Assembly (NCBI GenBank): GCA_038065055.1
Contig: JBBTRT010000002.1
Coordinates: forward strand, 9,038-73,037
Length of the DNA: 64,000 nt
Reading direction: 5' to 3'
Source of the DNA: Patescibacteria group bacterium
Lineage (GTDB): Bacteria; Patescibacteriota; Microgenomatia; UBA1400; CG1-02-47-37
Shown here piece after piece: positions 17,250 to 25,210 of this stretch (positions are counted from its first letter, which is position 1; each line of letters begins with the position of its first letter). Both the position numbers and the translations under genes were made by a program. Under the pieces are notes generated by a model, which was given only the letters and a program-made list of their open reading frames with translations, was not told the DNA's origin and searched no databases.

Positions 17250-18783
17250 CTTTTAATTTAATTAACAAAATTAACTGGGAAATCAAAGCCGAAATTAACA
17301 CTCCGCTCAAAATCCAGCCCTTGGCAAACCAGGGTTTATACTGGCTGGCCTGAACAATAAACGACTGCCAGCCGGTAACATCATAGTAACTCGAAGCAAC
17401 CACGTATAAAGCCTGCCATTGCAAGAAAATAAACCAACAAATCAACAAAAGCATTATGCTTCTTACCCAGTGCTGATTAATCAAACTGACCAATTGCTCA
17501 ATACCCAAAGTCAGTAAAATCAGGTGACTACTGATAACCGGAAAATAATACCGGCCCTGAAAGCCAAAAGGAAAACCGTTCTGCCGGGTAAAACCCCAAT
17601 CCCAAATTAAAAGCAGAATAAAATAAATTAAAGCCGACCAAGCAATAAAAATAATTTTAAAATCGGCAAGCTTACGCTTAATAAAATAAATAATTAAGCC
17701 TAAACCTGCGGCAACCAAGAGGCGCATCAAAACGCGGTTAACCCAGCGGGGTAAAGTGACGCCCAGCCAGTTAAAGACACCCCAATACCAAGGCAAGACT
17801 TCGGCCACAGTATGTTTTAAAGTCCAAATAATATGGGCAGATAAGGGGTAATCGGGTAGAACCAGTTTATCTCCGGAAGTTACAGTCAGATAAGGCAAAC
17901 TGCCGCTAAAAAATATCGCCAGCAAATGCTTGGTCCGATCGGGAGCAAGTATTAAGGCGACTAGTAAACTAAGAGGTAAAACCAATAGAAACTTCAAGGT
18001 TTGTTTAGGCCGTTGGAATAGACTGTAAATGATCGCCGGCAAAATAACGGCAAAAGCAATGCTAAACTGTTGTTTGTTGATCACCCCTAAACCTAAAACC
18101 AGGGCTAAACCAAGCCAATCGTTTAGGTGAGAACGGCCAATAATTTTCAAACTAAAATAAATGACCGCGGTAAATAACAGGTTATGAAGATTATCACTGG
18201 TAACACCGGCGGCGACAAAACTTAACATCGGCTGCATAGCCGCAAGAACCGTGGCAGTTAAAACCAGTAAGCGGCGCTGGGGGAAAATCTCCTGAGTAAT
18301 CTTGTAAACCAAATAAATCATTAACCAGTGCGCCCAAAGCCAAAATAGCCGCACGCTAAAGACGCGGACGAAAAGATCAGCCGGATAAACTAAGCGGTAG
18401 ATCAAAGCCGAAATTTGATAAAAGAAATGAGGATAATAAGCTGATTCCCGGATGACTAAATTGGTTCTGGTTTCAGGAGGAAGATTGGAAATCGTGGTTT
18501 CTTCCGGGCCAATTAAGGTTTGACTGTAAGCAAGCCGGTATTCGGGATGAAAAGTAAAGCGGTTATTTCCCTGCTCGTCACGCTTGGTCCCCAAAATTTC
18601 CAGGGACCGAAAGATTTCTTCATTCATGTCCGGGTAGCGGCCGTGGCGGCTAAGGTCGTTACCTTCGGCGATAAAAGCCACGTGGGCAAAATGGGCCTGC
18701 TCATCCGGGGTGTGCCATAAAGGCACCAGCAGAACCCAAAATATTGACTGTAAAATAACAGTGAAAAATAATAATTTAGTCAT
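17239..18783 (-). CDS. DUF2142-like polytopic membrane protein (GT-C candidate)
   Basis: N-terminal TM helix followed by WHTPDEQAHFAHV (P-D-E-x-x-H), then multiple TM segments. 514 aa. Confidence 0.5.
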   Translation of the reverse strand: MTKLLFFTVILQSIFWVLLVPLWHTPDEQAHFAHVAFIAEGNDLSRHGRYPDMNEEIFRSLEILGTKRDEQGNNRFTFHPEYRLAYSQTLIGPEETTISNLPPETRTNLVIRESAYYPHFFYQISALIYRLVYPADLFVRVFSVRLFWLWAHWLMIYLVYKITQEIFPQRRLLVLTATVLAAMQPMLSFVAAGVTSDNLHNLLFTAVIYFSLKIIGRSHLNDWLGLALVLGLGVINKQQFSIAFAVILPAIIYSLFQRPKQTLKFLLVLPLSLLVALILAPDRTKHLLAIFFSGSLPYLTVTSGDKLVLPDYPLSAHIIWTLKHTVAEVLPWYWGVFNWLGVTLPRWVNRVLMRLLVAAGLGLIIYFIKRKLADFKIIFIAWSALIYFILLLIWDWGFTRQNGFPFGFQGRYYFPVISSHLILLTLGIEQLVSLINQHWVRSIMLLLICWFIFLQWQALYVVASSYYDVTGWQSFIVQASQYKPWFAKGWILSGVLISALISQLILLIKLKDAR

Positions 18784-18791
18784 TCCCAGAA

Positions 18792-18812
18792 ATTATAACA
18801 TTCTGATAGAAT
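18792..18812. promoter_or_regulatory. divergent -10 boxes
   Basis: TATAAT on the - strand at 18797..18792 (8 nt before ATG 18783). TAGAAT on the + strand at 18807..18812 (8 nt before ATG 18821). Confidence 0.4.
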
Positions 18813-18820
18813 AACCGTGC

Positions 18821-19801
18821 ATGAAAAGACTAATTTTTTTAGATGAATTGAGAGGGTTAGCGATTTTGTGCATCATGCTGTTTCATTATCTTTATCTGTA
18901 CGATTTGCGATACGGACATCTCTATACTTTTTCTTTTAACTTTCATTGGGGAGGGTTCTTTGGAATTTATTTATTTTTTGTCATAAGCGGCTTTGTAGTA
19001 ATGAAATCTTTGGAGAGAGTTAAAAAACCGCTTGATTTTATAATTAACCGATTGTCAAAACTGTACCCATCTTATTGGCTGGCAATGATAATTACTTATA
19101 CATTCGTATTTATTTTTGGATTGCCCGGAAGAGAAGTTGGTTTTAAAGATTTTTTGATCAATTTGTCAATGCTACAACATTGGCTTGGAGTGCCTGATGT
19201 TGACGGGGTTTATTGGATATTGCCGATATTTTTAATTTTTTACGGTTTTATTGTTTTAACCCTGCTCACTAAACAATTAAAACATATTGAAATTATCGGA
19301 GTAGGATGGCTAATAATAGAGGTTGGCCTTCGCTTGATTAATTTTCCTTATAGAGAGTTAATCCGATCTTTTTTTGGATTTTTTGACTACGCCCATTTAT
19401 TTTTAATCGGCATATTATTTTATCAATTAAAAACAAAGGGTTTTATTTGGTGGCGTAATTTATTAATTTGGCTAGTCTTCCTGATTGAATTAAGCAATCA
19501 TAAAACAACTGAAACAATAAGCTTATTGGTTATTTTAACGATATTCTACCTAATAATAATTAATAAACTACAAATAATGGAAAATCGGCTTTTTAAATGG
19601 CTGGGGCAAATTTCTTACCCGCTTTTTTTAGTTCATACAAACATCGGTTATGTAGTGATACAAAAAGTTTACACATTTTCTGATTCGCCCCTATTAATTT
19701 TAGGTTTGCCGTTTTTAATTACCTTGCTGCTGGCAACAGCCATTTATTATTGGATCGAAAAACCGGCGTTGACAACAATCAGAAACATTTATTATAAGTA
19801 A
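18821..19801 (+). CDS. acyltransferase family 3 membrane O-acyltransferase
   Basis: N-terminal LDELRGLAILCIMLFHY and about 10 hydrophobic segments, typical of OafA/Lag-1-type sugar O-acetyltransferases. Confidence 0.7.
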   Translation: MKRLIFLDELRGLAILCIMLFHYLYLYDLRYGHLYTFSFNFHWGGFFGIYLFFVISGFVVMKSLERVKKPLDFIINRLSKLYPSYWLAMIITYTFVFIFGLPGREVGFKDFLINLSMLQHWLGVPDVDGVYWILPIFLIFYGFIVLTLLTKQLKHIEIIGVGWLIIEVGLRLINFPYRELIRSFFGFFDYAHLFLIGILFYQLKTKGFIWWRNLLIWLVFLIELSNHKTTETISLLVILTIFYLIIINKLQIMENRLFKWLGQISYPLFLVHTNIGYVVIQKVYTFSDSPLLILGLPFLITLLLATAIYYWIEKPALTTIRNIYYK

Positions 19802-19805
19802 CTAT

Positions 19806-20366
19806 ATGTTGCAAACAAGTAATTACATAAAACACACCTCAAAGAATCTACTCAAAAAGTGGCTGATAAATTATTTTTATAAAGTTTTGTTTTCCCTCAT
19901 TGCTGATTTAAAAATTATAACTGTGCTGGATGCCGGCTGCGGCGAAGGCTTTACGCTGGATCAACTGAAAAAGAAGTTTCCTGCTTTAAATTGCGTGGGA
20001 ATTGACGTTTCAGACAAAGCGATCAACATAGGTAGAAAAATGTTCCCGAAAATTAAACTGAAAACCGGCAGTATTTATCACTTACCTTATAAAAAGACTT
20101 TCGACCTGATGATCTGCACTGAGGTGCTGGAACACTTAGAGCAACCAGAAAAGGCGTTACAGGAAATAAAACGGGCAGCAAAGCAATATTGTCTTTTCTC
20201 CGTCCCTAATGAACCTTGGTTTAGGATAACAAAATTAGGAAATGATCCAGAACATATCAATCACTGGACCAAAAATAAATTTATCAGCCTACTTGAAAAA
20301 AATCAATTCAAAATTCTGAAAGTCAGGACCCCGTTTCCCTGGACAATAGTCTTAACTAAGATTTGA
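19806..20366 (+). CDS. class I SAM-dependent methyltransferase
   Basis: Motif I VLDAGCGEGFT, then FDLMICTEVLEHL. Confidence 0.75.
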   Translation: MLQTSNYIKHTSKNLLKKWLINYFYKVLFSLIADLKIITVLDAGCGEGFTLDQLKKKFPALNCVGIDVSDKAINIGRKMFPKIKLKTGSIYHLPYKKTFDLMICTEVLEHLEQPEKALQEIKRAAKQYCLFSVPNEPWFRITKLGNDPEHINHWTKNKFISLLEKNQFKILKVRTPFPWTIVLTKI

Positions 20367-21105
20367 TTTTATTATTTGATTGAATGATTAAATTAAGAAA
20401 ATCTGACTTAAAAGTTTTTTTCAATAAAGCAATGTTGGGCATCAGACAATGGCCGCCGATAAAACCAGGAGTTAAAACAGGCCGTAAAACATTGGATTTA
20501 GTGAGGCAGTAACCCTGATTATATGTAGTATTAAATTGAGTGATAGCCTGATCGAAATCGATTTTAAAGCGGCGGCAGAAACGAGCCATTTCCTGATGCC
20601 AGGCAATACATAAAGCGTAATAAGTCGTATCCAATAATTTTCCCAGCTCAGTGGCCCGGGAAGAATCGAGAATAACGCTTTTTACGCCTAAGCCGGCATA
20701 ATATTGTTTCGCTAACCGGCCGGCTTTAACCGAAGTCGGACCGATAAATTTGGTAAATTTTTTAATATCTCTGGCTAAATACGGATGAGTCCCCCGAATC
20801 GGCGAATGGACCAGTAATGTTTTCTTTATGGACTGATGGAGGGTTTCTGTATTTTTAAGAGGCACTGTGGAATCAATAATAACCAAGCCGGGCCGGTTAA
20901 GTTTAGTTTGGGTTAAAACCAAACGGTTAAAATTTTGGCTGTACGGCAAACAGACATGAAGCACATCCAGATGGCGGCTTTGTATTTCATCCAAGTTAAT
21001 ATCTTTTAATAATAGCTTATGTTTAGACTTAACCAGTTTAGCGATTGATGAACCAACTTCGCCAATTCCTAAGATGCCGACGGTTAACCGTTTATTTTTG
21101 GTCAT
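20356..21105 (-). CDS. short UDP-glucose/GDP-mannose dehydrogenase-like NAD-binding protein (lacks the C-terminal nucleotide-sugar domain)
   Basis: Rossmann VGILGIGEVGSSIAKLV. The central helical block ATELGKLLDTTYYALCIAWHQEMARFCRRFKIDFDQAI and GGHCLMPN resemble the dimerisation domain and catalytic-Cys motif of the family. Only 249 aa. Confidence 0.45.
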   Translation of the reverse strand: MTKNKRLTVGILGIGEVGSSIAKLVKSKHKLLLKDINLDEIQSRHLDVLHVCLPYSQNFNRLVLTQTKLNRPGLVIIDSTVPLKNTETLHQSIKKTLLVHSPIRGTHPYLARDIKKFTKFIGPTSVKAGRLAKQYYAGLGVKSVILDSSRATELGKLLDTTYYALCIAWHQEMARFCRRFKIDFDQAITQFNTTYNQGYCLTKSNVLRPVLTPGFIGGHCLMPNIALLKKTFKSDFLNLIIQSNNKIKS

Positions 21106-22043
21106 AATTTATTTGACGGTTTTTCAATTATGGCTTCCTGATCAACTTTCGTTAAACTGCGGGTCAGCATTTCTCCGATGAAGCCAATCGAGAAAAACTG
21201 TAAACCCATGATTTCAAAAAGAATGCCTAATTGGAATAAAGGCCGGGTGCCTACGCTTTGTCCCTGAAAATGCAAAGCGGTTAAATAAACCAGAATCGAA
21301 GATCCGATCAGAATAGAAAAAAGTGCCAGGCTACCAAAAAAATGCATCGGATTTAAACTAAATTTAGTGATAAAAATGACAGTTAAAAAGTCAAAAAAAC
21401 CGGTAATAAGCCGTTTTGAACCAAATTTAGAATTACCACTTAACCGGGGTAAATTATTAATTTCCACCTCAGCGACTTTAAAGCCAAAACTTTGGGCAAA
21501 AATAGGAATAAACCGATATAAACCGCTGTAAATTTTTAATTTTTGAATTAATTCCCCTTTATAAGCCTTAAAGGGACAGTCAATATCATGAAGCCGGGTT
21601 TGAAACACCCAGCCGGTAACTTGATTAAAAAGCCGGGAAAAAATTGTTTTACCGATTCCTCCTTTACCGGTTTTTTTCCAACCCACGACTAAATCATAAC
21701 CCTCATTAATTTTCTGAAGAAATTGTTTAATTTCCAGAGGATCATCCTGCAAGTCACCATCCAAAGTAATAATAGTGTCATACTTGGCATGAGAAAATCC
21801 AACCGAATAAGCAGTGGCTTTACCAAAATTCCGGCGGAATTTAATTATTTTAATTAATTTATTGGTTTGAGACAACTTGAAAATATTTTGATAGGTTTTG
21901 TCGGTTGAGCCATCATCAATAAACAAGATTTCATAATTATTTAACTGAAGCGAACGACACGACAATAAAATTTTCTTCACTAAGGGCTCAATGTTCTCTG
22001 CCTCATTGAAAACCGGAATAATCAAAGATAAATTTTGCTTCAT
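21102..22043 (-). CDS. GT2 polyprenyl-phosphate glycosyltransferase (GtrB/CsbB/ArnC/DPM1-like) with C-terminal TM helices
   Basis: LSLIIPVFNEAENI, FIDDGSTDKT, LDGDLQDDP, and two C-terminal hydrophobic helices. Confidence 0.85.
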   Translation of the reverse strand: MKQNLSLIIPVFNEAENIEPLVKKILLSCRSLQLNNYEILFIDDGSTDKTYQNIFKLSQTNKLIKIIKFRRNFGKATAYSVGFSHAKYDTIITLDGDLQDDPLEIKQFLQKINEGYDLVVGWKKTGKGGIGKTIFSRLFNQVTGWVFQTRLHDIDCPFKAYKGELIQKLKIYSGLYRFIPIFAQSFGFKVAEVEINNLPRLSGNSKFGSKRLITGFFDFLTVIFITKFSLNPMHFFGSLALFSILIGSSILVYLTALHFQGQSVGTRPLFQLGILFEIMGLQFFSIGFIGEMLTRSLTKVDQEAIIEKPSNKL

Positions 22044-22045
22044 GG

Positions 22046-22726
22046 TTAATTAACCGCTTGGTCTTCCAGGCTGACTAAATGTAATTTATCCACCCCTTTG
22101 ATTTTCTTTAACTCTTTCAGGAAATCGGCCGGATTAATTTGGGGCTTTAACTTAATATTATAAGTCATTTCCAGTTTATTCTGTTTGTCAAAGGTTAATA
22201 AATTAGCCAATTGATGCCAAGTAAGATTGGCTTTAAAAATAGCCATTAATTTATCCGTGGTCATCTGGGGGGGGAATTCCAAAGTCAGCAAATGGTCAGT
22301 CCGCTCAATCATGCCAAAATGTTTCTTAGTCAAATAATAAATCACGGCAACAATCATCGCGGTGCTAACTAAAGCAATAGTGTAATTATTGGTCCCCACA
22401 GCCATTCCTAAAATTAAGCTAATAAAAACAAAGGCAATATCTTTTGAGTCTTTCACCGCCGTCCGGAAACGGATAATCGAAAACGCGCCAAATAAAGAAA
22501 AAGCCCTAGCTAAACTGTTACCGACAATCATCATTAAAAGCGAACCGGAAACAGTTAAAAGAACTAAGGTGAAAGTAAAAGAAGCGGAATAAGATAATCC
22601 CCGATGGGTATTTTTATAGACTGTGGCCATGATTAAACCGATCACAAAAGCCAATAAAATATTGACCACAATCGTCGGTAAAGGATAATCTAAGCTCGCG
22701 CCGGCAAGAGACAAAAATTGATTCAT
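22046..22726 (-). CDS. DUF4956-like membrane protein
   Basis: 4 TM segments with the block FSIIRFRTAVKDSKDIAFVF that I recognise from DUF4956. ATGA overlap with the upstream VTC gene. Confidence 0.6.
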   Translation of the reverse strand: MNQFLSLAGASLDYPLPTIVVNILLAFVIGLIMATVYKNTHRGLSYSASFTFTLVLLTVSGSLLMMIVGNSLARAFSLFGAFSIIRFRTAVKDSKDIAFVFISLILGMAVGTNNYTIALVSTAMIVAVIYYLTKKHFGMIERTDHLLTLEFPPQMTTDKLMAIFKANLTWHQLANLLTFDKQNKLEMTYNIKLKPQINPADFLKELKKIKGVDKLHLVSLEDQAVN

Positions 22727-23442
22727 AAATTTTCTTCGCTCACTATACCACAGGCCTCAAGACCGCGGCAATACTTTGACAGAGGAGCGCGATAAAGATT
22801 AGCAAAGCGGCTCATTTCGGCAATATAACCCGGAACCGGGCCGGAAAATTTTATCTCTAAAATATAACTATTGGGATAAACATCAGCTAAACGGTAAGGG
22901 TAAAAAAGATCGGTCGCGGGCGAGGCTTGAATTTGATAATCAAAGGTTAAACGCAAATCCGGATAATGAGGATCCAGCCAAGGTTCGCGCCGGTAAGAAA
23001 CCAAAAGCGAGGGCTTGAGCTGTTTAGCAATAACTGCCTGATAAAAATTAACGGCTGCCGAAGGCAATTGGCTTAAGCTCAGCTGGCCGCGAAGCCAATG
23101 TTTAGTCTTGGCCCAAGTAACCGGGAAGCGGTCTTTATGAAAAAATTCACCATTTTTGCGTTTAATTTCCCAAAAGACAGGCGTGGAAGCAATCGCAGTT
23201 GACTGGTACGCCCGTAACCGGTATTTAGTTCTGATTTTCAAGCCGTACTGTTTATCCCAATATGCCTGATAATCGGCAGTATCAAAATATAAGGAAGCCA
23301 GGTAATAACTTTTGTCTTGGCTGGCACCAGAAAATTTATCCGGCTTTAAACCCCGGGATTTAAAATAACGGCTTAACTTAAGGTATTGATCGGCAGTCAG
23401 TAAATATTTATATTCCCGACGCTGAAAGGTTTGATGGTCCAT
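22723..23442 (-). CDS. VTC-domain (polyphosphate polymerase / triphosphate-tunnel-like) protein
   Basis: Starts FQRREYKYLL (E-x-K tunnel-entry motif), with Arg/Lys-rich beta-strand pattern (IRTKYRLRAY, WEIKRKNG). Commonly paired with DUF4956 in bacteria. Confidence 0.6.
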   Translation of the reverse strand: MDHQTFQRREYKYLLTADQYLKLSRYFKSRGLKPDKFSGASQDKSYYLASLYFDTADYQAYWDKQYGLKIRTKYRLRAYQSTAIASTPVFWEIKRKNGEFFHKDRFPVTWAKTKHWLRGQLSLSQLPSAAVNFYQAVIAKQLKPSLLVSYRREPWLDPHYPDLRLTFDYQIQASPATDLFYPYRLADVYPNSYILEIKFSGPVPGYIAEMSRFANLYRAPLSKYCRGLEACGIVSEENL

Positions 23443-23447
23443 AAGGG

Positions 23448-23470
23448 ATTATACAAAGGAATGTTATCAT
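23448..23470. promoter_or_regulatory. divergent -10 boxes
   Basis: TATAAT on the - strand at 23453..23448 (5 nt before ATG 23442). Extended -10 TGTTATCAT on the + strand at 23462..23470 (6 nt before ATG 23477). Confidence 0.35.
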
Positions 23471-23476
23471 ATAATT

Positions 23477-25210
23477 ATGAAATGGGGATTAATTGCTTTA
23501 GCCGTCAGCGTTATTTTCGGATTTTATCATCTGACCATTCCCTTAATTTATAAAATTTCACCTTATTCACCCCTGGCTTTAAATACCCAAACCTCGTCTT
23601 TGAGCGTGGATGAAGCGATTGCTTATGCCACTAAAACCCAAGAAGCGCTGAGCGGACACATGGCTTTAAGCGATTTATTTATTTGGGAATACAAAGATTA
23701 TCCGTCTCCACTCCGAGGCGAGATTGTCCCGGCGATAATGATGGCCGGTATGGCAAAATTAGGCGGCGGAATAGATCAAGGGTTTATTTTGGCTGATTTT
23801 ATTTTACCAGTGGTGTCATTCTTGATCCTAACGGTGTTTTTCCAAGCAATGAGCGGCAAAAAATACTTCGCGGCAGTTACGGCATTAATGATTATGTTTT
23901 TTTATCATTATTTCCGGTTTTTTCCCTACCTACCCTCGGCAATAAGACAATTATGGCTGGCGTTGAATGACGGTTACCCCTCTCATTTTTTGAGAAGTTT
24001 TCACCCTCAAATCAGTTTTCCTTTTTTCATGGTGAGCTTGTTGTTGATTTGGCTGATGCTGAAAAACAGCCAGAGAAAATATCTGTGGCTGTATTTAGGC
24101 ATTTCGCTGGGACTGTTATTTTATACCGACTTTTTTTACTGGACATTTATACTTGGCTTTATCGGCGTAGTCTTTGCCTGGTCCAAAAAAAGCCAATATT
24201 TGAAAAGCTTAATTATTGGTTTAATGATCGGCCTGCCTTATTTGATTAACACACTTAAATTTCAAAATTCAAGTTTAAGCCAGAGTTTTATTAAAAATAT
24301 GACTTTTAAGCCTGAAGATGAGATGATCCCGATCGGTATAATGCTGATACTATTGTTAGCGGCCAGATGGGGTTTAAAAAATAAAATCCAGGCGATTTTT
24401 TGGCAGCTTTATTATTTAGCGATTATCCTTGTGCTTTTGGTGTCAAAATTGGCCGGGGTAGCAATTGATGATCCGGTCGGACATTGGAAAATAAGAATTA
24501 TTTATCCTTTAACGATGGGTTTCTTAATGTTGCTGGTAAATGAAAGAATCAAATTAAAGAAAAGTATTTGGCTGGCAATAGCTTTCGGATTACTGGTTTA
24601 TCAGGCAAGAGTCCACTGGCAGTTTTTTAACCGCCAGGCCCAAGCTTTTCAGATTGAACCGGATAAAGTTGGGGCATTTGAGTGGATTAATCAAAATATC
24701 AATAAAGATAGCGTAATTTTAACCTCAAGCCTGAAAGACAACCTTTACTTAGCTATTTTTACTCATGCGAATGTGTTTATTCCCCGTTCCCAGCACAGCC
24801 TGGCCCCAGATATAGAAGCTTTGGAGCGGTTTTTGCTGTTATACAAGGCTGCCGGTATTCCGGCCGAACGCGTAAAAACGATGTTTTCCTTAACTGAAGA
24901 TAATCAAAGACTAAAAACCAAAGGCAGATTTAATTTTGACGATTGCGGCGGCCATTATTTATATTTTAGGCGGTTTATCAAAAATGATTATTACAATTGC
25001 TCGGTATCAGCGGAACAACTAAGCCAAATCATGAAAAACTATGAAGCGATCGAAGGAAGTCTGGCGCACTGGAAAAATAAATACCGCCTGGATTATTGGC
25101 TATGGGGGCCGCAGGAACAAGCCTGGGCCAAAATGAAACCAAAAGATTTTGAGAATTGGCAATTAGTCTTTGCTAACTCAAGCTACCAATTGTTTAAATT
25201 GCCTGAATAA
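23477..25210 (+). CDS. polytopic membrane protein with C-terminal soluble domain (GT-C-like candidate); distant paralog of 57339..58829
   Basis: 577 aa. The first external loop contains SLSVDEAIAYA, followed by about 11 hydrophobic segments and a hydrophilic C-terminus of about 190 aa. Confidence 0.4.
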   Translation: MKWGLIALAVSVIFGFYHLTIPLIYKISPYSPLALNTQTSSLSVDEAIAYATKTQEALSGHMALSDLFIWEYKDYPSPLRGEIVPAIMMAGMAKLGGGIDQGFILADFILPVVSFLILTVFFQAMSGKKYFAAVTALMIMFFYHYFRFFPYLPSAIRQLWLALNDGYPSHFLRSFHPQISFPFFMVSLLLIWLMLKNSQRKYLWLYLGISLGLLFYTDFFYWTFILGFIGVVFAWSKKSQYLKSLIIGLMIGLPYLINTLKFQNSSLSQSFIKNMTFKPEDEMIPIGIMLILLLAARWGLKNKIQAIFWQLYYLAIILVLLVSKLAGVAIDDPVGHWKIRIIYPLTMGFLMLLVNERIKLKKSIWLAIAFGLLVYQARVHWQFFNRQAQAFQIEPDKVGAFEWINQNINKDSVILTSSLKDNLYLAIFTHANVFIPRSQHSLAPDIEALERFLLLYKAAGIPAERVKTMFSLTEDNQRLKTKGRFNFDDCGGHYLYFRRFIKNDYYNCSVSAEQLSQIMKNYEAIEGSLAHWKNKYRLDYWLWGPQEQAWAKMKPKDFENWQLVFANSSYQLFKLPE

